From the IMG/VR virus record IMGVR_UViG_3300042894_005834, positions 1-63,366 of that record: a DNA stretch of 63,366 nucleotides; one strand, 5' to 3'. This DNA is from a virus (lineage: Duplodnaviria > Caudoviricetes). The position numbers and the translations under genes are program-made. Shown here in pieces: positions 38,159 to 46,956 of the stretch. Below the pieces are notes generated by a model. That model made no database searches, was not told where the DNA came from, and saw only the letters and a list, made by a program, of their open reading frames with translations. Every line of letters begins with the position of its first letter. The stretch's first letter is position 1.

Positions 38159-38710
38159 TTAGGACTTATTTATCATACATTTTATTAAATTTGAACTTCC
38201 ATCGGCATCTTCAAGGGCTTGTCCGATTATTACACCAGACAAATCTTTATTAAAAATACCCCATTTCTTTTTCTTAACAACCATACCGTGGCCAAATATA
38301 CTGCTTGTGCAAATAAAATCGCCGCGCTTTACAGTTCCAGTTACCAAAACACCTTCAGCACCAAAAACAACTGGTTCGCTTTTGCTATCTTTGGTGACTC
38401 CCATAACTAAATTATCTTCTTCTTTAATACATGGCTCTAAACCATTTTCACCCCAGACAACAACAGTGCCATCTGGATATTTAGCTATAGATGGTGTTGA
38501 AAGACCATACTCAAAAATAGCGCCAACTGTTGTTTGCAGGGCATAAATATTTTTCCATCGTGCATCTGTGCGACCAGAATCAGTAATGCCGTCACCATTA
38601 GGCAATATAGTGCCTGTAATAGCAACAGAACCGCTAAAACTAACGGTTCCATTATCTAGCATTTTGTGAACTACCGTGGTGCCTTTATGGACGGCAAGAC
38701 CTTTGGCCAT
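38159..38710 (-). CDS. fibre-associated protein with chaperone/G2-like C-terminal domain
   Basis: G....RWKNIY, GTVV, V.G.VKRGD.I.TS...G.G, IIG.ALED; N-terminus shared with the upstream fibre. Confidence 0.6.
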   Translation of the reverse strand: MAKGLAVHKGTTVVHKMLDNGTVSFSGSVAITGTILPNGDGITDSGRTDARWKNIYALQTTVGAIFEYGLSTPSIAKYPDGTVVVWGENGLEPCIKEEDNLVMGVTKDSKSEPVVFGAEGVLVTGTVKRGDFICTSSIFGHGMVVKKKKWGIFNKDLSGVIIGQALEDADGSSNLIKCMINKS

Positions 38711-38768
38711 TTTTAACCTCTATCATACTATAAATATAGCTATATCACAAAAAAAGCCATATTTAAGT

Positions 38769-38798
38769 AAAAAAAGAAAGGACCGTTTCCGGTCCCTT
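38769..38798 (-). terminator. intrinsic terminator
   Basis: GGGACCG-GAAA-CGGTCCT plus T tract. Confidence 0.85.
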
Positions 38799-38826
38799 CC
38801 TAAACTAACTTAAATCAGTTTAAAAC

Positions 38827-40707
38827 TCACTCTTCACCGTAAAATGGTGCATCGAACCAATCACCATTTTGTTTGAAGTACCAAGCTTTACCGCGTGGGA
38901 AAGCACTAGCTGGATCGTCTGTTGCACTAGTGCAATAGAACATATCGCCATCTTCACCAGGACCGCGAGCAACTGCTTGTTCACGGGTCATCTTGACAGA
39001 CATTGCACCTTGTGATACTTTCATATCACCTGCAACTGAAGCACCACCAACAACACTTAGGCCAGCACTAGCTGTGAGTGTGTTGGCACTTAGAGCACCA
39101 GCCAAGGTTACTGAATTGTTTAGATCAACTTTAACTTGTGAACCGCTATTAACGATTGACAGGTTATTGCTAGAACCAGTAACGATTGTGAATGAACCGG
39201 TCTTGGCGGAAACACTCAAACCATTAACAGTAAATGCTGATGCATCAATTTGGGATTGAAGACCAGCTTCAACACCAGTTGCGCGGCTAACTTCTGCGGC
39301 CAATGCAGCATCGTTTGATGAAGTATACTCGCTGAAATCAGCGCGCATTTGACTTGCTGTAGTATTAACGGCAGTAATTGAGCTGATTAGCGCATTTTGA
39401 TTTGTTGTATCAATGCTATTAACAAAATCAACAACTTCTTTGAATTGATCAAGATCAACTGTTGAACCAGATAGAATTGCGTCAATTCTGTCTTTTTCAG
39501 TGTTGATGGCTGATTGTAAGCCAGCTTCTGCAAGCTCTGCTCTTACAACTTCAGCAGCAACAGCTTGTGTCAATACAAGTTCAGCTGCTTCTGCACGGTC
39601 TTGCTCGGCGTCAACGTCAGCAATACGGTTTGTTATTTCAGCTGCCAAGTCTGAAGCGACTTCGGCAATATCACTTGCAAGTTCTACTTCTGCAGCTTCT
39701 GCACGTTCTTGTTCTGTTACTAGGTCTGCTTCAACACCATCGATGCGAACACCGAGAGCGTCTTCTGCAGCAGTTGCACGAATAACTTCTGCAGCTAGAT
39801 CTGCTGTTAATACAGATTCAGCACCTGTTGCACGGATAACTTCTGCAGCAAGATCACTTGTTAGTGTTGCTTCTGCGCCTGTTGCACGGGTAATTTCGTC
39901 TGCTAGATCACTTTCAAGTGTATCTAAACGACCATTAGCTGAACCGGTGTAAGTATTAAAATCAGCTCTGAGATTATCAACAGCTTGTGTTGAACCTGTG
40001 GTTAGGCTGTTGATTTGATCTTGTAGATCTTCTTCAACACCTTCTGCTCTTTGCTGTTCTGCATCAACATCAGCTGCGCGGTCAATAATTTCTTGTGTTA
40101 ATGCACCACTGATTGCATTGACGGCAATTGAAAGGTCACTGAAACCATCAAGAATACCTGCAACACCACCAGCTTCGCCATCAAGGAAGCTCTTAATGTC
40201 TGCTATTGAGCTTAGTGTGCCACTTAGGTCTGCACCGGCCAATAGATCAATTTTTTCTTGTAAATCAACACGGACGCCTTCCAAAGAAGAGCTTGCGGCG
40301 GTAGCGGATGCTGTCAAAGCAGCTGATAGGTCGTTTCTTACTGATGTGTCACCAGCAATACGTGCTGCTGTTTCTGTTGCTAGAGCAGCGTCATTTGATA
40401 CCGTGTAGGCACCCAATGCTGCTGCAGCTGCATTACCAACTACAATGTCTTGTGCATCGATGTAGCTCTTAAGTGAACCACTACTTGCTGAACCACTGTT
40501 CTTTAATTCAACTAAGATGCCACCTAGTGTGTGGTTTGTGAATGCACCACCGACATTACCAACTTCAACACTGTTGGCTGAAGCTGTTAATGAACCACTG
40601 ATTACTACTGAAGCTAAATTTGAGCCGGAACCGAATTGAACGGTGCCGTCTTGCATAAGTTTGTGGACTACTGCGGAGCCACTAAATACTGCTAAACCTT
40701 TTTTCAT
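38827..40707 (-). CDS. fibritin/whisker-like coiled-coil fibre with C-terminal foldon-like motif
   Basis: Repeats LAAEV.RAT.AE; C-terminal PRGKAWYFKQNGDW; start MKKGL with AGGAG SD. Confidence 0.7.
   Translation of the reverse strand: MKKGLAVFSGSAVVHKLMQDGTVQFGSGSNLASVVISGSLTASANSVEVGNVGGAFTNHTLGGILVELKNSGSASSGSLKSYIDAQDIVVGNAAAAALGAYTVSNDAALATETAARIAGDTSVRNDLSAALTASATAASSSLEGVRVDLQEKIDLLAGADLSGTLSSIADIKSFLDGEAGGVAGILDGFSDLSIAVNAISGALTQEIIDRAADVDAEQQRAEGVEEDLQDQINSLTTGSTQAVDNLRADFNTYTGSANGRLDTLESDLADEITRATGAEATLTSDLAAEVIRATGAESVLTADLAAEVIRATAAEDALGVRIDGVEADLVTEQERAEAAEVELASDIAEVASDLAAEITNRIADVDAEQDRAEAAELVLTQAVAAEVVRAELAEAGLQSAINTEKDRIDAILSGSTVDLDQFKEVVDFVNSIDTTNQNALISSITAVNTTASQMRADFSEYTSSNDAALAAEVSRATGVEAGLQSQIDASAFTVNGLSVSAKTGSFTIVTGSSNNLSIVNSGSQVKVDLNNSVTLAGALSANTLTASAGLSVVGGASVAGDMKVSQGAMSVKMTREQAVARGPGEDGDMFYCTSATDDPASAFPRGKAWYFKQNGDWFDAPFYGEE
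39500..39910 (-). repeat. degenerate ~18-aa coiled-coil repeats (xLAAEVIRATGAExxLTxD)
   Basis: Visible in the translation and in the DNA (gttgcacg...ttctgcag units). Confidence 0.75.
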
Positions 40708-40777
40708 ATTATAATCTCCTAAATAAAGTTTGAGCACACAGATTATACGAGGTATAATCAAATATGCTGATTGTATA

Positions 40778-40785
40778 TAAATAGT
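40778..40785 (-). promoter_or_regulatory. putative late promoter ACTATTTA
   Basis: Upstream of the fibre gene. Confidence 0.6.
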
Positions 40786-40852
40786 TTAAAAAAGTTTTAA
40801 AAAGATTAATTAGTTGTGTCAAAATACAACATTTAAAAAAGTTGACGTCGAC

Positions 40853-40882
40853 AAAACAAAATGTGGCATTTCTGCCACATTT
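40853..40882 (-). terminator. intrinsic terminator after bS21
   Basis: AAATGTGGCA-GAAA-TGCCACATTT plus TGTTTT. Confidence 0.8.
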
Positions 40883-40925
40883 CATTTAACTTTATTTAGG
40901 ACTCTAACAAGGGTGTCAAAGACGG

Positions 40926-41132
40926 TCAATCTTTGTCCGAAGCTTTTTCATCACGAAGCTTCTTCAACACCCTCTTTCTTCTGCGTTTTTCTTCATTCCT
41001 TTTGACCGAAGGTTTTTTAAAATATTCTCTTTCTCGTAACTCTTCAAACTTGCCACTTTTCTTTATCTTATTGATAAATTTTCTAATGGCAGCTTCGACG
41101 CTTTCATCGCGTCCTACCTTAACTACTGTCAT
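40926..41132 (-). CDS. rpsU: phage-encoded 30S ribosomal protein bS21
   Basis: V.V...ES.E.AIRKF...I.K.G...ELR.REYF.KPS.KR; 68 aa, basic. Confidence 0.9.
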   Translation of the reverse strand: MTVVKVGRDESVEAAIRKFINKIKKSGKFEELREREYFKKPSVKRNEEKRRRKRVLKKLRDEKASDKD

Positions 41133-41133
41133 C

Positions 41134-41610
41134 TCACTTGCCTTTCATTAAAGCTTTTGCAATTCTTGAGTCAAACAAATTCGATATATCAACACCGGAA
41201 TCATCTGGCGCAATTCCTGCTAAAGCATTTCCTAAACCAGCTGGTGCTGGTTCATCTGGTATAGTATCACCAATTCCTTCAAAAATGTTAACCCCTTTAT
41301 AAGCACTTCTTCCTATATTGTCTAACAATTGTTTGTTAGAGTGGTTAACATTTCTAACTTGAGATTTTTTTAATATCTGTCTCATACGATCTTTTTCATC
41401 GTCTTCTTGCTCTTCTTGAACTTCTTGAACTTCTTGAAGTCGTTGTTGTGTTGGTATTTTATTTTCTGTAAGTGTAGGCTTTAAACCTTTTACTACTTCA
41501 CTAATAACTTGGGATAGCAAGCCACTTTCTAATAAAATAGCTTGTATGTTCTCGTTAACACATTCTCTTACAATCGGATTGATTATTTCTTTTAAATCAC
41601 TTTTTTTCAT
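41134..41610 (-). CDS. hypothetical prohead-associated protein
   Basis: Start MKKSDLKEII; many LxE motifs. Confidence 0.7.
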   Translation of the reverse strand: MKKSDLKEIINPIVRECVNENIQAILLESGLLSQVISEVVKGLKPTLTENKIPTQQRLQEVQEVQEEQEDDEKDRMRQILKKSQVRNVNHSNKQLLDNIGRSAYKGVNIFEGIGDTIPDEPAPAGLGNALAGIAPDDSGVDISNLFDSRIAKALMKGK

Positions 41611-41623
41611 AAGACCTTCTTTC

Positions 41624-42226
41624 TTATTGATCCAGTATATCACCAATCATACGAACTAGTTTATCACTTTTTGTTAGTTGTGGTGATTTTTTTGATTCAC
41701 TTAACCCAAGGAATGCACCTTTTGTTGATGGTTCACTAACAATATCAAAACAGATTAATTGTAAGTCCTCTTCAACAATTGTTTTTCCTTGTGATTCATG
41801 CACTGAGCCTAATGCTCTTGAGGAAATACCCAATGTAACGCCGTTACTTATAAGGGCTTTTAATATATTACCAGATGGAGTGTCAAGCACTTTTATTTTT
41901 CCCATAACATCGTCACCATTCCACCAAACATCTGACACCATATGAGAAACATTTTTAAGATTTATAACACTATCATCAGGATGATCTAGTTCTCCTATGG
42001 CTCTATTTTGCGCTATAGTGTTTTTATAATTTTCTATTTCTCTTGCAAGTGTTTTTCTTGGGTAAACTCGACCATTACCGTTTAAAGCATCTGCTCTTTG
42101 CAAAACGCCAGTTAAAAAAACAGCTTTATTTTCACGGACCATTAGCTTTTCAGCTTCAGTTAGCAAGTCTTCGCACTTGCCACCTTCACAAAGCTGATAA
42201 AACTCTCTTAAAATATATTTGCTCAT
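41624..42226 (-). CDS. prohead core protease (gp21-like)
   Basis: N.NGRVYP, GELDHP, TPSG, GISSR.LGS, FDIV.EPS. Confidence 0.93.
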   Translation of the reverse strand: MSKYILREFYQLCEGGKCEDLLTEAEKLMVRENKAVFLTGVLQRADALNGNGRVYPRKTLAREIENYKNTIAQNRAIGELDHPDDSVINLKNVSHMVSDVWWNGDDVMGKIKVLDTPSGNILKALISNGVTLGISSRALGSVHESQGKTIVEEDLQLICFDIVSEPSTKGAFLGLSESKKSPQLTKSDKLVRMIGDILDQ

Positions 42227-45042
42227 TTTGTTTTACCTGTTAGAAGATTAAAGATTTCTTCCATAAGAATTCTTTTAAGTGATTCGTTTCTTTTTACTGA
42301 TTCTTTCACGGTGGTGCCTAATGCTTTTGCAATTTCTGGCTTAACTTGACCTAACATCACATTGGCAAGTTTATATTCTTTATTAAATTGCTTAAAAACA
42401 TTTCTAGAGCCAACGATACCATTGTTAGGCGCATCGAGCCCGCCGACAACGCCAAAGACCTTATGATGATCGCCCTGTTTTTGACCATATATTGGTATTT
42501 TTATCTTAAATTTACCAGCAAATATGCCTTCCCCATTCAAATCGTTCTGCATAGAGTTAATAACTTCTTCTAATGCTTTTAAAGTTTGATAAAATTCAAT
42601 AATTTTTGAATCAGGTGTATCGGGTTTTTCAACGGCTGTTAAAGCGGCGGTGACAGCGACGTTGACGCCAATGGTGAGAAAAGCTTCAATTAAATCCATA
42701 AAACCATTAATATTGAGTGGTTCGTTGGTCGGAGTAATATATTCAGCTGGCTGCCCTGTTTCAACCATCTCATTCGCTGTTTTGATAAAGCCGTTTAAAT
42801 CATTTGGATTTATCTTGTTTAATAGATCTATTGCTTTTTTAAATTTAGCAATAATAGGGTGACTAGATTGTTTTACTTCCTTTTCATCTTTCTTTTCTTC
42901 ACCACCAGTTTCGCTACTAGCGATACCTTTTTGTCCTTCTGGTGAAGTTTGTGGTGATTCAGCTGGGGTTTGTTCAGCTGAAGAAAAAGCACTTAATAAA
43001 CCTCTTTTTTGTCGTGGTGTTAGTGTTTTATTTTTTTCTCTTAAGAATTGATTAAAAAGCAAGGTTAATTCATCTTCTGTGGCTTCTTTCAAAAAACTTT
43101 TTAGTTCTTGCATAGTTTTTACAGATGCTTTTTCTTTTAGCCAATCAGAAAATTCTGTTGCAACAGCTTGTGCTTCTTCTGGGGTTTTAAAAGCTTTTGC
43201 TGCTTTTGTTGCAACACTCTTCATTTGTTGATCTGAAAGACCGACTTTATACTTATCTGATATCGGTGCTTGTGGTGGTGCAGCTGGTGCAGCTTTGGCT
43301 GGTGCAGCTGGTGCAGCTTTGGCTGGTGCAGCTGGTGCAGCTTTAGCTGGTGCTTTACTGATAGGATTACCGGTTGAATCTTCAACAGGTGGTGTAAATT
43401 TAATTGGTTCGGCTGGTTGTGGAATAGTGGAACTTTGTGTTCTTGACACATTAGCTGATGGATTTGGATTTTTTTCACCAGCCATACTTGCTGCCACTTC
43501 TGCATCTTTTTGTGCTGGTTCCTTCTGTGCAGCACCGGCACCCATTGTTTTGGCAGCTTGGCTAATATCTGGCATTTTACCTGCAGTAGCAGATGTGTTT
43601 GCTCTAACTGGTCCTGCTTGTTGAGTGGGGCTACCAAATATTTTTATTGCCGCATTTACCAAAGAGGTTCTTAATTTTTCATCCATCCCAAGATTAGTTT
43701 CTTTTGCAAATTGTGCGACTAATTCTCTTACTTGTGCAGAACCTGCACCTTCTTTTATTTGTTGTGTCTGCTGGTTTGATCTATTTTTTAACCAATCAGA
43801 AAACGTGTTAACAACTTTTGTAACTTGTTCTGCTTTAAAGCCTTGTGATGCAAGTGTTCTTACTAATTGTTTTTTCTGATTATCATCAAATCCTTTTGCA
43901 GCAAAACCGGCGCCGGGTTGTTCGCCACTCTTAATGTTACCCATTTCTTTTTTCTGCGGTTGTTGTGTCGCGGGGTTAGTGGCAGCTGACTTTTCAGGCT
44001 GTTGTGTTTTTGGAACTCGTAAAGCTTTTTCTGGTATATTAACACCATATTTTTGAAGATGCTTACTTGTTAAATCTCTTATTTGTTTCGCTAATGTAAC
44101 AGCCATTTTTTGATCTAAGCCGCCTTGTTTTAACAACAATACGGCAGGGCCAAATAAATCTACTGATCCTTTTTGAACATTAGCGGCTGTTCCGGCAGTA
44201 CCAGGAGCAATTGGGCCTGCTACACCCTTCTTTAGTCCGGTGGCGTTCTGTGATGTAAATCCAGATAACTGAGAAGCGAGATTGTCACCTTTGGCTTCCA
44301 TAAGTTTTATGCCATTGGCTTTTAATTGATTACTAATCATCTTTAGATACTGCTTTAACAATAAATCGGCATCTTTAATATTAGATTTGGTCAATAGTGG
44401 CTTCAATTTCATTGAAAGCACATCACCCTTACTATCTGGCGTTGCTTTAAAAATTGGTACCTGTTGTGGCGGTTTTACATCAACAGGTTTCTCTTGTTGA
44501 CTGGGAGTTTGACCCGGCTGTGCTTGGTTTGGTTGTGCTTGAGTTTGTGCTGTGTCAGCAGCACCTTGTCCTTTACCTGCTTCGATATCTTGATCACTGA
44601 CTTCAATATCCAAACCCAAACCATCTAACATTTGTTTTGCTTTTTTATTTTTATTCATTGCAGCAACAAATGCTTCTACTTCTTGTGGAGTGACCTTTTT
44701 GTCTTTCATCATTTTGACGAAATCTTGACCAAGCGCCTCTTCTAAAGATTTTTCTTGGCTAGAAAACACTTTTTTACCAAGATCGGTTTGCATTATGAGC
44801 TGAGTGATATCTTTATCCCTTTGGGCCATTTGCAAAAAGTCGCCAACTTTTTCTAATTTTTTAGCAATTTGTGGATCACCAGGTTTGAGTTTTTCACCAG
44901 CGCCTGTAAGTGCTTTACCTACGCCTGAAAGGGCTTTACTGCTTTGTGCTCTTAGCCAATCAGTTACCCCTTCGTTGTTGATAGACTCGTTCAACAATTC
45001 TTGCATAACTAGATTCTTGATATCTTGATGTTTTATTGCCAC
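42223..45042 (-). CDS. large low-complexity internal head protein (Ala/Pro/Gln/Lys-rich)
   Basis: GTG start with GGGAG SD; repeated LxE sites; adjacent to the protease. Confidence 0.65.
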   Translation of the reverse strand: MAIKHQDIKNLVMQELLNESINNEGVTDWLRAQSSKALSGVGKALTGAGEKLKPGDPQIAKKLEKVGDFLQMAQRDKDITQLIMQTDLGKKVFSSQEKSLEEALGQDFVKMMKDKKVTPQEVEAFVAAMNKNKKAKQMLDGLGLDIEVSDQDIEAGKGQGAADTAQTQAQPNQAQPGQTPSQQEKPVDVKPPQQVPIFKATPDSKGDVLSMKLKPLLTKSNIKDADLLLKQYLKMISNQLKANGIKLMEAKGDNLASQLSGFTSQNATGLKKGVAGPIAPGTAGTAANVQKGSVDLFGPAVLLLKQGGLDQKMAVTLAKQIRDLTSKHLQKYGVNIPEKALRVPKTQQPEKSAATNPATQQPQKKEMGNIKSGEQPGAGFAAKGFDDNQKKQLVRTLASQGFKAEQVTKVVNTFSDWLKNRSNQQTQQIKEGAGSAQVRELVAQFAKETNLGMDEKLRTSLVNAAIKIFGSPTQQAGPVRANTSATAGKMPDISQAAKTMGAGAAQKEPAQKDAEVAASMAGEKNPNPSANVSRTQSSTIPQPAEPIKFTPPVEDSTGNPISKAPAKAAPAAPAKAAPAAPAKAAPAAPPQAPISDKYKVGLSDQQMKSVATKAAKAFKTPEEAQAVATEFSDWLKEKASVKTMQELKSFLKEATEDELTLLFNQFLREKNKTLTPRQKRGLLSAFSSAEQTPAESPQTSPEGQKGIASSETGGEEKKDEKEVKQSSHPIIAKFKKAIDLLNKINPNDLNGFIKTANEMVETGQPAEYITPTNEPLNINGFMDLIEAFLTIGVNVAVTAALTAVEKPDTPDSKIIEFYQTLKALEEVINSMQNDLNGEGIFAGKFKIKIPIYGQKQGDHHKVFGVVGGLDAPNNGIVGSRNVFKQFNKEYKLANVMLGQVKPEIAKALGTTVKESVKRNESLKRILMEEIFNLLTGKTK
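43276..43347. repeat. 24-bp tandem repeat x3 encoding AKAAPAAP
   Basis: TGGTGCAGCTGGTGCAGCTTT(G/A)GC units. Confidence 0.85.
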
Positions 45043-45072
45043 AGTAATACTCCCGTTTAAGCTGGTCAAAAA

Positions 45073-45080
45073 TAAATAGT
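45073..45080 (-). promoter_or_regulatory. putative late promoter ACTATTTA
   Basis: Upstream of the 42223..45042 gene. Confidence 0.6.
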
Positions 45081-45126
45081 CGAATTTATGCCAAATTCGT
45101 TAATTTATGTATTTTATCTTTATAAA

Positions 45127-45222
45127 TTAAAAAAACGCAGCGGCAAGCTGCGCCTTCTGGCTCCCTTTGCAGCACCTGCGGCATACAGGTAGGAACCATT
45201 TGATTGTAACTAACGAATTCAT
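45127..45222 (-). CDS. 31-aa Cys/Arg-rich peptide (not in ORF track)
   Basis: GAAGGAG SD; MNSLVTIKWFLPVCRRCCKGSQKAQLAAAFF*. Confidence 0.5.
   Translation of the reverse strand: MNSLVTIKWFLPVCRRCCKGSQKAQLAAAFF
45129..45152 (-). terminator. intrinsic terminator
   Basis: CGCAGC-ttgcc-GCTGCG then T7. Confidence 0.75.
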
Positions 45223-45224
45223 AT

Positions 45225-45530
45225 TTACTCCTTCGAAAACCTAATCCCCTCATCAGAGACTATCTTATCTAGTAAATAGGATGTGCCAGAGCTTAAACAT
45301 CCTAGTAATAAACCAGTGACAATAGAATTATCAAAAGAATATAAATTTGTTAATGGCTTAATACACCAAAGAGCAAGTCCGGTCCAAAATCCGGTACACA
45401 TACTACATTTAAATAACTCACCAAAAAAGCCAGTTTTAGGTCTTATTTTATCAAATATTTTGCCATAACATAATATCTGAGTTATTCCGTAAGCTATTAA
45501 TATAAATATGCCAATATTTATCACCACCAA
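45225..45530 (-). CDS. membrane protein with CxxC (DUF1360-like)
   Basis: Three hydrophobic segments; LFKCSMCTGFW. Confidence 0.65.
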   Translation of the reverse strand: MVVINIGIFILIAYGITQILCYGKIFDKIRPKTGFFGELFKCSMCTGFWTGLALWCIKPLTNLYSFDNSIVTGLLLGCLSSGTSYLLDKIVSDEGIRFSKE

Positions 45531-46117
45531 CCGCCCAGGTATCTTCTGCTTTGATTCTTAGGTATTGAACCTTTTTCCTTTTCTTGTGGAACTTCACCAA
45601 GTTCAGTAGACTCTTCATCTTCTGGATCTGTAAGTCTACTGTCGAATTCTTCTTCGTATTTCTTATCGAATTCTAGTGCTGGTCTTTGTTCATCAATCCA
45701 GCTAGCAATATTAAGAAGCACTAGTTGATCAACAGGAAAGCCAACATCTTTTGGTTTTAATATGGTCGCCTCTAAAGAACCAAATATATTACCACCTTTA
45801 ATTGACTCTGGCGCTATGATTCCTCTTCTTGCCAAGAAATCAAAAAACTTGTCTTGTGTTGAATAAACAAGATCACTAAAAGATAGCTTGCTACTTTCAG
45901 AGTATGGCAGTGTTAAGATTTTCATCTTTTGTGGCATTAAAATAATGTCAATATAGTGATGATCATAGATGTAATAATTTCCATCTAATGTTCTACGAAT
46001 ATTCAAGTTGGCGCCAAGTTTACCCTCCACTTTTGGAGGAGTAACTACTGGCTGTGCAGCTTGTGGTTCGGCTGGTAACTCTTGTTCTGTGTCACCAACT
46101 TTAACAGTAATAGCCAT
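45521..46117 (-). CDS. hypothetical head-module protein
   Basis: 198 aa; DSTELGEVPQ-type acidic tail. Confidence 0.7.
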   Translation of the reverse strand: MAITVKVGDTEQELPAEPQAAQPVVTPPKVEGKLGANLNIRRTLDGNYYIYDHHYIDIILMPQKMKILTLPYSESSKLSFSDLVYSTQDKFFDFLARRGIIAPESIKGGNIFGSLEATILKPKDVGFPVDQLVLLNIASWIDEQRPALEFDKKYEEEFDSRLTDPEDEESTELGEVPQEKEKGSIPKNQSRRYLGGWW

Positions 46118-46956
46118 TATTTGGTTGCCTCATTAATAAAATCTTGAATTTTTAAGACTTCTGTTAGCATCGCGTGATCAACTGGTCTTTTTTTGAATTC
46201 ATCTAGTTTATCAAACAACTTGTTTGTTTTTTCAGATAGAAAAGCATTTTGTTTGAATTCGTCTGTTTTAAGAACTTCACTGATTTTGTTTCTTAATCTA
46301 CCAATCTCGTCATTAAGATAAACTTTAAGACCAAGACCTTCATCGGCACCAGACATAACATAGTGAGATAAAAGCTCTTTTTGTTCTTTTAGTAAATTGT
46401 TGCCATACTTCTCGTTGAATTTCTTTGCAAAAGTATTATAAACAATATTATCAACAGACTGCATATTCTTGCTTGTTACTTTTTCTTCACTTCTTGCTAC
46501 CAGTGTTTCTACTACAGTTTGCTCAAGTAAAATACGCTCTTTTATGGGAGTATTCTGACTAAACAACTGATAGATTGTTGCCATATTTTTATAATCTGGC
46601 AGAAAATTACTAAACACGTTTTGTGTTAGCTGTTTATTGATAGTATTGATTAGCTTTGTTTGCTCGGCAAATATTTCTTTCTGATCAAGTTCAGAATGCA
46701 GTCTTGCGACTTCCTGAACTAGTCTTGTTGCAAATCGCGGATCCAAGTTATCGCTCTCGTTTAATACAGAGTATAGTTGCAATTCTTTTTGAAGAGGCAG
46801 ATTACTTGCAAAATAAGTTTTACAAATATTGATTATTTTATTTCTTGTTACATCATCTTTGTTGACGATACAGCGTGTTAATTCTTTAATCAAACTTTCA
46901 TAAAGAAACGAAGTGTTGCGCCTCTTATTATGCTTTGTTTTGCTTTTTGCTTGCAT
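46117..46956 (-). CDS. hypothetical head-module protein (portal-adjacent)
   Basis: KHNKRRNT.FLYE.L; overlaps the portal end. Confidence 0.7.
   Translation of the reverse strand: MQAKSKTKHNKRRNTSFLYESLIKELTRCIVNKDDVTRNKIINICKTYFASNLPLQKELQLYSVLNESDNLDPRFATRLVQEVARLHSELDQKEIFAEQTKLINTINKQLTQNVFSNFLPDYKNMATIYQLFSQNTPIKERILLEQTVVETLVARSEEKVTSKNMQSVDNIVYNTFAKKFNEKYGNNLLKEQKELLSHYVMSGADEGLGLKVYLNDEIGRLRNKISEVLKTDEFKQNAFLSEKTNKLFDKLDEFKKRPVDHAMLTEVLKIQDFINEATK

Noticed and set aside
43221-43637. Alternate-frame ORF with LHQLHQPK repeats
   Set aside because: By-product of the 24-bp tandem repeat in the overlapping real gene
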